A program made the position numbers and the translations under genes. A DNA stretch of 51,337 nucleotides, taken from positions 1 to 51,337 of the forward strand of contig JBAVUV010000801.1 in NCBI GenBank assembly GCA_049696955.1, written 5' to 3'. Positions 26,969 to 36,056 of the stretch are shown piece after piece. The notes beneath the pieces are model-generated. The model searched no databases and had not been told where the DNA came from. It was given only the letters and a program-made list of their open reading frames with translations. The first letter of the stretch is position 1; every line of letters begins with the position of its first letter. This DNA comes from Candidatus Sulfotelmatobacter sp. GTDB taxonomy: Bacteria; Acidobacteriota; Terriglobia; Terriglobales; Acidobacteriaceae.

Positions 26969-28954
26969 ATGACGATCGGCAAGAAGCTATACGTAAATTT
27001 CGGAATCATCCTCAGCATGGTGGTAGTGCTGTTCTTGGTGAACCTGCTGGCGGTGCTGAGAGAGCATGCTGCCAAGGACGCGGCCAAAGTTTCGCTCGAT
27101 CTGGAGGAAGCCACCAACGACGTGCGGTTCCAGATGATGCAGAACCGCCTGTACTTGAGCAACTACCTGCTCAGTGGCGACAGCCGGGAAGTGGACCGGA
27201 TGAATGAAGGGCTGCGTACACTCAGCGACAAACTGCAACAGGGCAAAACGCTTGCGAACTCCGACCAGGAGCGTTCCGCGCTGGAGCGGGTGCAGCAACT
27301 TGAGCAGGCGTGGAGCAAGGAGTTCGCGCAGCCGTTGATCGACAAACGCAAGGACGTCGACTCGGGCAATGCCACCGTGGCGGAATTACAGATTTATTAC
27401 CTTCAAAAAGATGCCTCCTCATGGGTGAAGAATTCGACGGATGCACTGGACCTGGCGGATGGGGAAAACCGCAAACTGGTCGATGCCCGCCGCAAATCGG
27501 ATGAAACGGCGAGTACCTGGACCATTTTGGCTGCTATTTTCAGCACGATCACCGCGCTCGCGCTGGGCATCTTCATTGCCTTCTCGACCGCCAAATCCAT
27601 AACCGCGCCCTTGACCAATCTTATGATCGTCTCCCGCCAGATTGGCGATACCGGCGATCTCGAACACAACATCGAGGTGAACCGTCAGGATGAAATTGGA
27701 GAACTGGCCCGCACTTTCGCGAAGATGGTTACTTATCTGAAAGAGATGGCGGGAGTTTCAGAGTCGATCGCCGGCGGAGATCTTACAGTGGAAGTGAAGC
27801 CGCGTTCGACACACGACACGCTGGGCAATGCCTTCGCTCGCATGGTCGAGGGATTGGCGCGCCTGGTGCGCAGCGTGCGCGATGCTTCCGCGCAAGTGGC
27901 CAGCGCTTCAGGACAAGTGGCGAATGCGTCCGACGATTCGGCCAAGATCGGGCTCCAGGCTTCCTCAGCCATCGATGAAGTCACCAGCACCATGCACGAA
28001 ATGAGCGTGAATGTGCAGAACATGGTGAAGAGCACGCAAGTGCAGGCTTCCAGCGTAAGCGAGACTTCGGCGTCGATTGATCAAATGGTGGCATCGATTC
28101 AGCGCGTGGCCGATACCGCCAAAGTTCTGCTCGATATCTCGAACCGCTCCCGCGAAGAAGTACACAGCGGCATCGCCACCATGGAGAAGGCGACCGATGG
28201 ATTGAACCGCATCAATGCCACCATAACAAGTTCCGGAGAGATTATCGGGGCGCTCGGACAGCGCGCCGACGACATTGGAAAGATCATCGAGGTAATCGAC
28301 GACCTTGCGGAGCAAACAAACTTGCTGGCGCTGAATGCAGCCATCGAAGCAGCCCGCGCCGGAGAGCACGGACTGGGCTTTGCCGTGGTGGCCGATGAAG
28401 TTCGCAAGCTGGCGGAAAAATCGGCGCAGTCGACCAAGGAAATTTCCGAACTGATTCAAAGCATTCAGAAGGAAGCGCGCAAGGCAGTCGAAAACATGGA
28501 TCGCTCCACCGGCATTGTGAACGAAGGACTGGATCTGGGCGGCGAACTCAATGGAGCGCTGCGCAAGATCTCGAACGTGGTCACCGAAGTTTACAAGTTC
28601 GCTCAAGAGATCGGCGCAGCTACCAACGAACAATCTCACGGATCGTCGCAAATTGCCCGGGCGACAACGCGGCTGAATGAGATCACTCACGAAATCAGTT
28701 CCGCCGTCGAAGAGCAGGCTTCGGGAGCGCAGGCTGTGGTGAAAGCCATGGAGCGGATGCGCGAACTGGTGCAGCAGTCCACTTCAGGCTCGACTGAACT
28801 GGCGGCATCGGCGGAGCAGATGTCGAAAATGTCGCGCGGATTGCTGGACTTCATGGACCGCTTCGCGTTGGACGAGTCTTCAGCCCCGCGGCTGTCTGCG
28901 CCTGAAGAAAAACCACAGACCGCGCGGCGGGCAACTGCGGGATCGCGTTTCTAA
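26969..28954 (+). CDS. Methyl-accepting chemotaxis protein with CHASE3-like periplasmic sensor and HAMP
   Basis: Two TM segments flank a helical sensor (RLYLSNYLLSGDSREVDRMNEG is CHASE3-like), followed by HAMP. The signalling hairpin is LLALNAAIEAARAGEHGLGFAVVADEVRKLAEKS. Confidence 0.9.
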   Translation: MTIGKKLYVNFGIILSMVVVLFLVNLLAVLREHAAKDAAKVSLDLEEATNDVRFQMMQNRLYLSNYLLSGDSREVDRMNEGLRTLSDKLQQGKTLANSDQERSALERVQQLEQAWSKEFAQPLIDKRKDVDSGNATVAELQIYYLQKDASSWVKNSTDALDLADGENRKLVDARRKSDETASTWTILAAIFSTITALALGIFIAFSTAKSITAPLTNLMIVSRQIGDTGDLEHNIEVNRQDEIGELARTFAKMVTYLKEMAGVSESIAGGDLTVEVKPRSTHDTLGNAFARMVEGLARLVRSVRDASAQVASASGQVANASDDSAKIGLQASSAIDEVTSTMHEMSVNVQNMVKSTQVQASSVSETSASIDQMVASIQRVADTAKVLLDISNRSREEVHSGIATMEKATDGLNRINATITSSGEIIGALGQRADDIGKIIEVIDDLAEQTNLLALNAAIEAARAGEHGLGFAVVADEVRKLAEKSAQSTKEISELIQSIQKEARKAVENMDRSTGIVNEGLDLGGELNGALRKISNVVTEVYKFAQEIGAATNEQSHGSSQIARATTRLNEITHEISSAVEEQASGAQAVVKAMERMRELVQQSTSGSTELAASAEQMSKMSRGLLDFMDRFALDESSAPRLSAPEEKPQTARRATAGSRF

Positions 28955-28987
28955 AGGAAATCAGGGTCAGAGAGATTACGACCAACG

Positions 28988-29491
28988 ATGAGTCGCGAAC
29001 TCCATATCGTGGGCTTTCAGATCGGGCGCGAGACCTATGGCGTGCCCATTACATCGCTGCATGAAATCGTGCGCGTGCCGGAGATCACCGCCGTCCCGGA
29101 TGCGCCGGATTATCTGGAAGGTGTGATTAACCTTCGGGGAAAAATCGTCTCGGTGATGGATTTGCGCAAGCGCTTTGGTCAGAAACAAACCGAACTCAAG
29201 CGGCGGAACCGGATTCTGGTGGTGGAACATTCGGGCCGACTGGCTGGACTCATTGTTGACTCGGCCTCCGAAGTGGTGAAGATCCCCAGCGAGGATGTGG
29301 AAGCGCCGCCTGCGGTTTTTCAGGAAGGTGGGCTGAACTGTGTTACGGGATTGGGGAAAGTGCAGGGACGGCTGATCGTTTTGCTGGATATGAACAAATT
29401 GTTGGCGCCAGCCAGTCTGCTCCAAGAGAGCGGAAAAGCCGAGACCAAGGCAGCCAAAGCGGATGCGCGCGGAGCGGCGGCCGCCAAATGA
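28988..29491 (+). CDS. cheW: Chemotaxis coupling protein CheW
   Basis: FQIGRETYGVPITSLHEIVRVPEITAVPDAPDYLEGVINLRGKIVSVMDLRKRFG is canonical CheW. Confidence 0.9.
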   Translation: MSRELHIVGFQIGRETYGVPITSLHEIVRVPEITAVPDAPDYLEGVINLRGKIVSVMDLRKRFGQKQTELKRRNRILVVEHSGRLAGLIVDSASEVVKIPSEDVEAPPAVFQEGGLNCVTGLGKVQGRLIVLLDMNKLLAPASLLQESGKAETKAAKADARGAAAAK

Positions 29492-29564
29492 TAGTCGGAA
29501 GTGTGTTCCATGACCAGTCTGCTGGAGGCGGAGTGAGCCGGGGACGCGGGGGACGAGAAGCAGC

Positions 29565-30476
29565 ATGAGCACATTCGGAGCGGCACCAGCTCCCATCTTG
29601 ACGGAGGCGGAGCTCAAGCTTCTGCAGGCTCTGGTGTATCAGGAGTGCGGCATGCACTTCGACGAGCGCCGCCTTCACTTTCTGCAGGATCGTCTGCTGC
29701 GGCGCCTGAAGGATTGCCACGTCGATTCTTTCTACGCTTACTACCGTCTGCTGATCAGCCAGGAAGGCAAGGCAGAGCTGGCCAAGCTGGTGGAAAATCT
29801 CACGGTCAACGAAACCAGTTTTTTCCGGCACAAGGCGCAGCTCGATTTATTTCAAAAACATGTGTTGGAAGATTTGCTGAAGCAGAAGCAGGCCCACCGG
29901 GAATATTCCATCCGGATATGGAGCGCCGGATGTTCGACCGGCCAGGAAGCCTACACGCTGGCCATGATGTCGGTGGACAGCCTGGCTTACTACTACCTGC
30001 GCAATCCTCTCCCCGTGGAGATCGCTCTGCCCAAGCCGCTGATTCCACCACCGTGGAGGGTGGAGATTCTGGCCAGCGATATCAGCTACTCCGTCCTGCG
30101 CTCTGGGCAGGAAGGCGCTTACAACGACCATCAGATGAGCACTGTGGATTACGGATTCCGTCTCCGGTACTTCGACAAAGTCGGCGAACGGTATGCGGTC
30201 AAGAAAGCGCTGAAGGAGATGGTTCACTTCGACTTCCACAATCTGAAAACAGAATATCTACCGCAGCGCAACGATGTGATCTTCTGCCGCAACGTGATGA
30301 TGTATTTCGACGTAGCGGAACAGAAACGGCTGGTGGAGAAGTTTTATCGCTGCCTGAATCCCGGCGGCTATCTGTTTGTAGGTCACGCGGAGAGTCTGCT
30401 GGGCTTGACCGATAAATTCCAAATGGTGCACCGCGACAGTGGAACCGCATACCAGCGGATTGAGGTGCGAGAGTGA
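29565..30476 (+). CDS. cheR: Chemotaxis protein methyltransferase CheR
   Basis: ETSFFRH, IWSAGCSTGQEAYTLAM (SAM-binding) and DVIFCRNVMMYFD motifs. Confidence 0.9.
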   Translation: MSTFGAAPAPILTEAELKLLQALVYQECGMHFDERRLHFLQDRLLRRLKDCHVDSFYAYYRLLISQEGKAELAKLVENLTVNETSFFRHKAQLDLFQKHVLEDLLKQKQAHREYSIRIWSAGCSTGQEAYTLAMMSVDSLAYYYLRNPLPVEIALPKPLIPPPWRVEILASDISYSVLRSGQEGAYNDHQMSTVDYGFRLRYFDKVGERYAVKKALKEMVHFDFHNLKTEYLPQRNDVIFCRNVMMYFDVAEQKRLVEKFYRCLNPGGYLFVGHAESLLGLTDKFQMVHRDSGTAYQRIEVRE

Positions 30477-32716
30477 CCGATTCACTCGACGAGCGTGGAG
30501 CGGAACTGCGAGAGCTTTTCTTTGAAACCTCGCAGGAACTGCTGCAGGCGCTGAACGAAGAATCTCTGAAGCTGGAAAAAAATCCCGGCGATGAGGAAAT
30601 CGTACGTTCCATCCGGCGGACAGTACACACTCTGAAAGGCGATTCTGCGGCTTGTGGACTGCGGGAATTGAGCGAACTGGCGCACCAGTTCGAAGACGCA
30701 CTCTCGCTGGAGACCGCGGCCGCACACGACGCGCTGGCGGAGATTGCTTTTGCCGCAGCGGATGTTTTCGCGGCCATGCTCGCGGCGTACCACGGTGGAG
30801 GCGTAATGCCCGCCACCGATGCGCTGCTGAAGCGAATCGATGAACTCACTTCCGCCCCGGCAGCCAAGAAAGTGCGGCGCAAGAAGAAATCTGCCGAGCT
30901 CGCCGCGAAGTCCGGCAAGGGTTCCGGCAAAAATAATAATAATAAAGACTGGACCGATTCCGAAAAACGCGCCATGGCTGCCGCGCAGTCCGCAGGACTC
31001 GCTCTGTATGACGTTGCGGTGAAAATCGATGCCCACTGCACGATGCCGATTGCCGGGCGGCAGCTGATTCAAAATGCGATCAGCGGAGTTGGCCAGGTGA
31101 TCGTGGTACGGCCGCACGCAAAATCGCCCGCCGCCACCAAGCAGGTGGAATTCGTCATTGGCAGTTCGCATTCCGAAGAACAGATTGCCGCCAAAGCCCG
31201 CATCCCTACCATTGCCGGCGACGTAAGCGTGATTCTGATCGCCGCCGCTCAACCCGCCGAGGCCTCTAAGAAAGTTGAAGACGGGAAGTCGCTGCCCTTG
31301 GGGATAAATTCAACGGCAAGCCATGATTCCGTCGGCAATCAGACTGTAATTGAGCAGACTGCCGTCGCAGCCGCTCCAGTCCCGTCCCCTGCGCCCGATG
31401 TGCAAACTCCAACCTCGGAAACGCTAGCGCCGGTGATGGCAGAGAACATCCTGCGCGTGGATGCGGGACGCATCGACAACGTTTTAAACCTGGTGGGAGA
31501 ACTCATCATCGGAAAATCGATGTTGCAACAGGCCCTGAATGAGTTCGCTAAACGCTATCCCAAAGAACCAGTGCGCGGCAAGTTTGCCGATGCCATGGCC
31601 TTCCAGGCGCGGGTATTGAATGATTTGCAGCGCTCGGTGATGAAGATTCGCATGGTGCCGGTCGACCAACTATTCCGCCGCTTTCCACGAATGGTGCGTG
31701 ATGTGGCGCGGCAATGCGGACGCGAAGTGGACTTGGAACTCAGCGGACAAGAGACCGATCTGGATAAGGGCATTCTCGACGCCATCGCCGAACCGCTCAC
31801 CCATTTAGTACGGAATGCAGTCAGCCATGGCATCGAAGCGCCCGAGGAACGACGCAGCCTGGGCAAATCGCCACGGGGAAAGATTCGACTGAATGCATTT
31901 CATCAAGGCAATCAAGTAGTGGTTGAGATTAGCGATGATGGCCGAGGCATGAACGCACAAAAAATTCGCGCCAAAGCCGCAGAGTTGGGATTGATTGCAG
32001 CGCAGGACGCCTCCCGTTTGAGCGATGCCGAAGCACTCGAACTAATCTTCCGTCCGGGATTCAGCACGGCAGAGGTGGTCACGGAAGTTTCCGGACGCGG
32101 AGTTGGAATGGATGTGGTGCAAAGCGTAGTGCACCGGCTTAAGGCCACAATTCACATTGAAACTCGTCCCGGCCAGGGCACAACCTTCAGATTGAAACTG
32201 CCTCTCACGCTCGCCATCATTAAGGCGCTGATGTTCTGGGTGGAACAGCGCCTGTACGCGATTCCGTTGAATGCAGTGAACCAGATCGCCCGCACCACGG
32301 AAGCTGAAGTACATCAGGTCGATAACTACGAAGTTTTGCAACTGCGCAATCAGGTGCTGCCGCTGCTCCGCCTGGGTCGCCGGGCCGCATTGGACGGTGA
32401 CCGAAAATCAAAAAAGCTGTTCGTACTGGTGATTACGGTGGGGGAAAAGAAATATGGGTTGATCGTCGACGCTTTGGAAGGTGAGGAAGAATTGGTAATC
32501 AAGGCTTTGGACGACCAGACATTCTCGACCGATCTGGTGAATGGCGCCTCAATCCTGGGGGATGGAAAAGTTGTGCTCATTCTAAATTTACTCGCAGTTG
32601 TGGAACATGTCTCGCAGTCGACGTCTGAACAGTCGGGAGTCGGTAACTTTGGATTATTGCTGAACCATGCTGATCGAGCGCGGCTCGCATTAAGCGCCGC
32701 GGGAGGCCAGTCATGA
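30473..32716 (+). CDS. cheA: Chemotaxis histidine kinase CheA
   Basis: Hpt P1 with RTVHTLKGDSAACG, dimerisation and HATPase domains (HLVRNAVSHGIE, DDGRGM, GRGVGMDVV), and a C-terminal CheW-like P5 domain. GTG start overlaps the cheR stop. Confidence 0.9.
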   Translation: MTDSLDERGAELRELFFETSQELLQALNEESLKLEKNPGDEEIVRSIRRTVHTLKGDSAACGLRELSELAHQFEDALSLETAAAHDALAEIAFAAADVFAAMLAAYHGGGVMPATDALLKRIDELTSAPAAKKVRRKKKSAELAAKSGKGSGKNNNNKDWTDSEKRAMAAAQSAGLALYDVAVKIDAHCTMPIAGRQLIQNAISGVGQVIVVRPHAKSPAATKQVEFVIGSSHSEEQIAAKARIPTIAGDVSVILIAAAQPAEASKKVEDGKSLPLGINSTASHDSVGNQTVIEQTAVAAAPVPSPAPDVQTPTSETLAPVMAENILRVDAGRIDNVLNLVGELIIGKSMLQQALNEFAKRYPKEPVRGKFADAMAFQARVLNDLQRSVMKIRMVPVDQLFRRFPRMVRDVARQCGREVDLELSGQETDLDKGILDAIAEPLTHLVRNAVSHGIEAPEERRSLGKSPRGKIRLNAFHQGNQVVVEISDDGRGMNAQKIRAKAAELGLIAAQDASRLSDAEALELIFRPGFSTAEVVTEVSGRGVGMDVVQSVVHRLKATIHIETRPGQGTTFRLKLPLTLAIIKALMFWVEQRLYAIPLNAVNQIARTTEAEVHQVDNYEVLQLRNQVLPLLRLGRRAALDGDRKSKKLFVLVITVGEKKYGLIVDALEGEEELVIKALDDQTFSTDLVNGASILGDGKVVLILNLLAVVEHVSQSTSEQSGVGNFGLLLNHADRARLALSAAGGQS

Positions 32717-33816
32717 GTATGAACAAAGTGCGCGTGCTGGTGGTGGACGACTCGGCGTTGATGCGAAAGCTGATCCCGCAGATGCTGGAGAGCGATCAAT
32801 CCATCGAAGTGGTGGGCACAGCCATGGACGGAAATTTCTGTCTTAAAAAGATCGAAGAGCTCCGGCCCAATGTGGTCACTCTCGACCTGCAGATGCCGGG
32901 AATGAACGGAATGGACACCTTGAAAGAGATTATGCGTCGACATCCGTTGCCGGTGATCGTAGTCAGTTCGCATTCGACCGACGGAGCGTCCATCACATTC
33001 AAAGCACTTGGGCTGGGCGCCTTCGATTTCGTGACCAAGCCTCAGGATGCTTCGGCGCACATGGCCGAGACCGCGCGCCAGTTGATTGCAAAAATTAAAG
33101 CCGCCGCGGATTGCAAAGTTGTACGCCCCGGAACGTCGGGAGCGGCTGTACGCGTGGAAAAGCCTGTGAGCGCAAAGTCTGGGCCTCCACCGACCAAAAC
33201 GGTGGCGATCGGAATCTCTACCGGAGGACCACAGGCGCTTGAGTTCCTGTTGGCGCAACTTCCGCCGGACTTTCCCGGCACAATTCTGGTGGTGCAACAC
33301 ATGCCATCCGGCTTCACTGAGATGTTTGCGAAACGGCTTGACGAGCTGTGCGCTTTGCGAGTGAAGGAAGCACAATCCGGAGACGTGTTGCAGGCCGGAC
33401 GCGTGCTAGTTTGCCCGGGAAGCCGCCACATGACGGTGAAGCGCCTGCCCATGGGCGACGTTGTGGTTCTCAACGATGAGCCTCTGGTTAATGGGCACCG
33501 CCCGAGCGTGGATGTCTTATTCCATAGCCTGGCACAGGAATTTGGCAGGATGAGCGTCGCTGTATTAATGACCGGGATGGGCGATGACGGTGCGCAGGGC
33601 CTGGGCGAAATAAAAAAAGCTGGAGGCATGACGATTGCGCAGAGTGAGGAATCTTGCGTAGTGTTCGGGATGCCGAAGGCTGCCATCGAACGCGGCTATG
33701 CTACGCGTGTCGTGGGCCTGGAGGTGCTCGCATCCACGTTACAGGCTCTTTGTGGGCGCGGGAACGGGCATGGAGAGAATGGCGGGGCGGGCAAAGCTCT
33801 CCGCGCCGGGCGCTGA
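32713..33816 (+). CDS. cheB: Chemotaxis response regulator protein-glutamate methylesterase CheB
   Basis: N-terminal REC (VLVVDDSALMRK...TLDLQMPGMNG), then the methylesterase domain (IGISTGGPQAL, VVQHMPSGFT, MTGMGDDGA). Confidence 0.9.
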   Translation: MSMNKVRVLVVDDSALMRKLIPQMLESDQSIEVVGTAMDGNFCLKKIEELRPNVVTLDLQMPGMNGMDTLKEIMRRHPLPVIVVSSHSTDGASITFKALGLGAFDFVTKPQDASAHMAETARQLIAKIKAAADCKVVRPGTSGAAVRVEKPVSAKSGPPPTKTVAIGISTGGPQALEFLLAQLPPDFPGTILVVQHMPSGFTEMFAKRLDELCALRVKEAQSGDVLQAGRVLVCPGSRHMTVKRLPMGDVVVLNDEPLVNGHRPSVDVLFHSLAQEFGRMSVAVLMTGMGDDGAQGLGEIKKAGGMTIAQSEESCVVFGMPKAAIERGYATRVVGLEVLASTLQALCGRGNGHGENGGAGKALRAGR

Positions 33817-33900
33817 GCGGGGAGTTGCTGAAACGGGATGTGACTTGAGTTATCTGGTTTGCAGAAGGCTGCCATGTTGAAATTAGAAGGGGAGATTGCT

Positions 33901-34341
33901 ATGGAACAGTTTGCACCAGTAAAACGCAGTAAGGACGGGCAACCGGTCCGCTACTTGATCGTGGACGATTCCGTGTTCGCGCGCAAGAATCTGGCCCGCA
34001 TGATCGAAACGTTTGGCGGGCAGGTAGCGGCCGAGGCCGGGGACGGGTTGACTGCGATCAGCGAATTTGATCGCACGCATCCCGATATTGTGCTCATGGA
34101 CATCACCATGCCGCAAATGGAGGGCATCGAGGCTGCGGAGAAGATCGTTCAGGCACACCCCGAAGCCCGTGTGGTCATGGTCTCGTCGGTGGGCTACCAG
34201 GAAAACATTGTGGCCGCCTTGCAGCGCGGGGCGCGGCATTTCGTGCAGAAGCCGGTGAAGCCGGAAGTTCTGTATGAAGTGATCAAGTATGTTATGGGAG
34301 AAGACGGCGCCGTGGCCACCGCGGCCGGCGCGGGAGTCTAA
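33901..34341 (+). CDS. cheY: CheY-like single-domain response regulator
   Basis: ATG 33901 is in frame in ORF 33859..34341 and preceded by gaaggggag. YLIVDDSVFARK...VLMDITMPQMEG...FVQKP. Confidence 0.85.
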   Translation: MEQFAPVKRSKDGQPVRYLIVDDSVFARKNLARMIETFGGQVAAEAGDGLTAISEFDRTHPDIVLMDITMPQMEGIEAAEKIVQAHPEARVVMVSSVGYQENIVAALQRGARHFVQKPVKPEVLYEVIKYVMGEDGAVATAAGAGV

Positions 34342-34346
34342 CCGCA

Positions 34347-34850
34347 ATGAAGATGGAACTGATTCAGCCTTTCATCAACGCGGCCGACGCCGTGTTGTCG
34401 CAAGGCCTTTCGAGCACCACCAAAGTCGGCAACCTCTCGATGGAAGAGAACGCCTATCGCCGCAAAGGCGTGGCCGGCATGGTGGCGCTTACCGGCGACA
34501 TTGAGGGCCGTATCGTTCTGGATCTCGAACCGCAGACCGCTTTGCGCGTGGCCAGCCACTATGCGGGTGCGGAGTTACCCGAGTCCGACGGATTGATCAA
34601 AGAAACCATCTTCGAACTGGCCAACCAGGTTGTGGGCAATGCGGTGTGCGCACTCAACGATCAGGGCTTCCATTTCCGCGTGCATCCCCCGGTGCTGGTG
34701 ACTTCCGCTGAGGGGGACAAAACCAGCGAAGATGTCGAGGCGCTGATGATCTGCTTTGAGACTTCCCTGGGAAATGTATTTATGAACGTCGCATTGCGTT
34801 ATAACAAGCGACGCATGTCGGATCATGTGGCCATGGCTGGTAGTCGCTAG
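34347..34850 (+). CDS. cheX: CheX/CheC-like chemotaxis phosphatase
   Basis: MKMELIQPFINAADAVLSQ...GVAGMVALTGDIEGRIVLDL...ETIFELANQVVGNAV resembles the CheX family. Last gene of the che operon. Confidence 0.65.
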   Translation: MKMELIQPFINAADAVLSQGLSSTTKVGNLSMEENAYRRKGVAGMVALTGDIEGRIVLDLEPQTALRVASHYAGAELPESDGLIKETIFELANQVVGNAVCALNDQGFHFRVHPPVLVTSAEGDKTSEDVEALMICFETSLGNVFMNVALRYNKRRMSDHVAMAGSR

Positions 34851-34952
34851 TGTTTGTCCGGAAACTTCTGCTTGGGCTTTGATTCGGGTTTTTCTTCTCT
34901 TGAATTCCTGACCTTTCTCTCCACCGGCGTCCCCTCAGAAGCGTGTCCATGA

Positions 34953-35933
34953 TTAGGCGAGCAGCGATAGCTGTTTGTTCGAATCCCCGCCGGAATCTTT
35001 CGCCGGGTCGGCAATCCTTTTTAGCTCGGGATATTTCTGGATCAACGTGGGCGGAGCCAGCACGCGGTGGCCGCTGATCAACGCCTTCAATTCCAGCGCA
35101 TTCACGCCCGCTTTGCTCTCGAAATGATTGTTGGTGATTACGTAGGTGGTTTGCGCGCGCTCGGCGACGTGTTGAATTCGTTCTTTCCAGCCTGCGAGTT
35201 CGCCGTCGTTATACAGGTAGTTGTAGCGATCGTTGCGATTATCGGAGTCGAACCACTGCTCGTAGTTGCGGCCATGCAGGCGGATGTAGCCGATCGCGGC
35301 GGTGACATGTTCGGTGGGCGCGAGCGAGCGGCCGAGTACGGGCTGGTCGATGTTGCAGAAGCCGACATTTTTTTGCGCGAATGCAGCCAGCGTTGCAGCA
35401 TCGTTCCAACTGGAGTGGCGAACCTCGACCACGCGCGGATATTCGATAAATTGCCGCAGCAATCGGTCTAGATATTCACGGTTGAGCGAAGTGTTCTTGA
35501 ATGACACTGGAAACTGAATTAGCAGCGCGCCCAGCCGTCCTTCATTAGCGATGGCATCCAGACCTTCGCGGGTGCGGGATTCGTCCTCATCCGTGGGCCG
35601 GATGCTGGCTGCGGAAGTGGGCTCCAGTAGTGACATGGGCGAGTGAGTGAATGCGCGGTACAGCTTGGCCGTAAAAAGAAAATTCTTGTTCACGGGCGCG
35701 ACTTTGCGGCACCAGAGTTTGGCGAGCTCCGGCTTAAGCGGCCCGTAAAACGATGTGTTGATTTCGGTGGTATCGAAGAAACGTGCCAGATACTCGAGAG
35801 CATGCTGTTTGCGGCGCTGCATGCCCGGAGGATAGAAAACGCCGTCCCAGTCTTTATAAGACCAGCCGGCGGTGCCGATGCGAACATCGTTCGAATGGAC
35901 CTGCGGCAGACGAACTGAGGCTGAAGATTCCAT
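34953..35933 (-). CDS. DUF72 (UPF0759/YecE-like) family protein
   Basis: IGTAGWSYKDWDGVFYP, the typical DUF72 N-terminal motif, lies ~20 aa after ATG 35933. The track ORF extends to a TTG at 36023, adding a hydrophobic 30 aa that I consider doubtful. Confidence 0.75.
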   Translation of the reverse strand: MESSASVRLPQVHSNDVRIGTAGWSYKDWDGVFYPPGMQRRKQHALEYLARFFDTTEINTSFYGPLKPELAKLWCRKVAPVNKNFLFTAKLYRAFTHSPMSLLEPTSAASIRPTDEDESRTREGLDAIANEGRLGALLIQFPVSFKNTSLNREYLDRLLRQFIEYPRVVEVRHSSWNDAATLAAFAQKNVGFCNIDQPVLGRSLAPTEHVTAAIGYIRLHGRNYEQWFDSDNRNDRYNYLYNDGELAGWKERIQHVAERAQTTYVITNNHFESKAGVNALELKALISGHRVLAPPTLIQKYPELKRIADPAKDSGGDSNKQLSLLA

Positions 35934-36056
35934 GCGAGGAACCGCAGACGGTGGGCACGGCAAGGTTAGCACAGAGCATGAAAAAAGAGCGCCCGCAATA
36001 AGAAGAACAGATAAGAAGAACAAACGCTACGCCGAGTATCATTGGTGCTGGCTGAT

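Noticed and set aside
30932-30946. (AAT)4-AAA microsatellite inside cheA, in an otherwise GC-rich gene.
   Set aside because: It is in frame (NNNNK) within the low-complexity Lys/Gly-rich P1-P2 linker, so it is most likely a tolerated linker expansion. Too short to infer a function.
30199-33686. Long antisense or alternative-frame ORFs across cheA and cheB (30199..31041, 30482..31252, 32350..33375 and 33042..33686, all on the minus strand).
   Set aside because: They are Ser/Arg/Ala-rich shadow frames opposite clearly assigned che genes, and have no recognisable domains.
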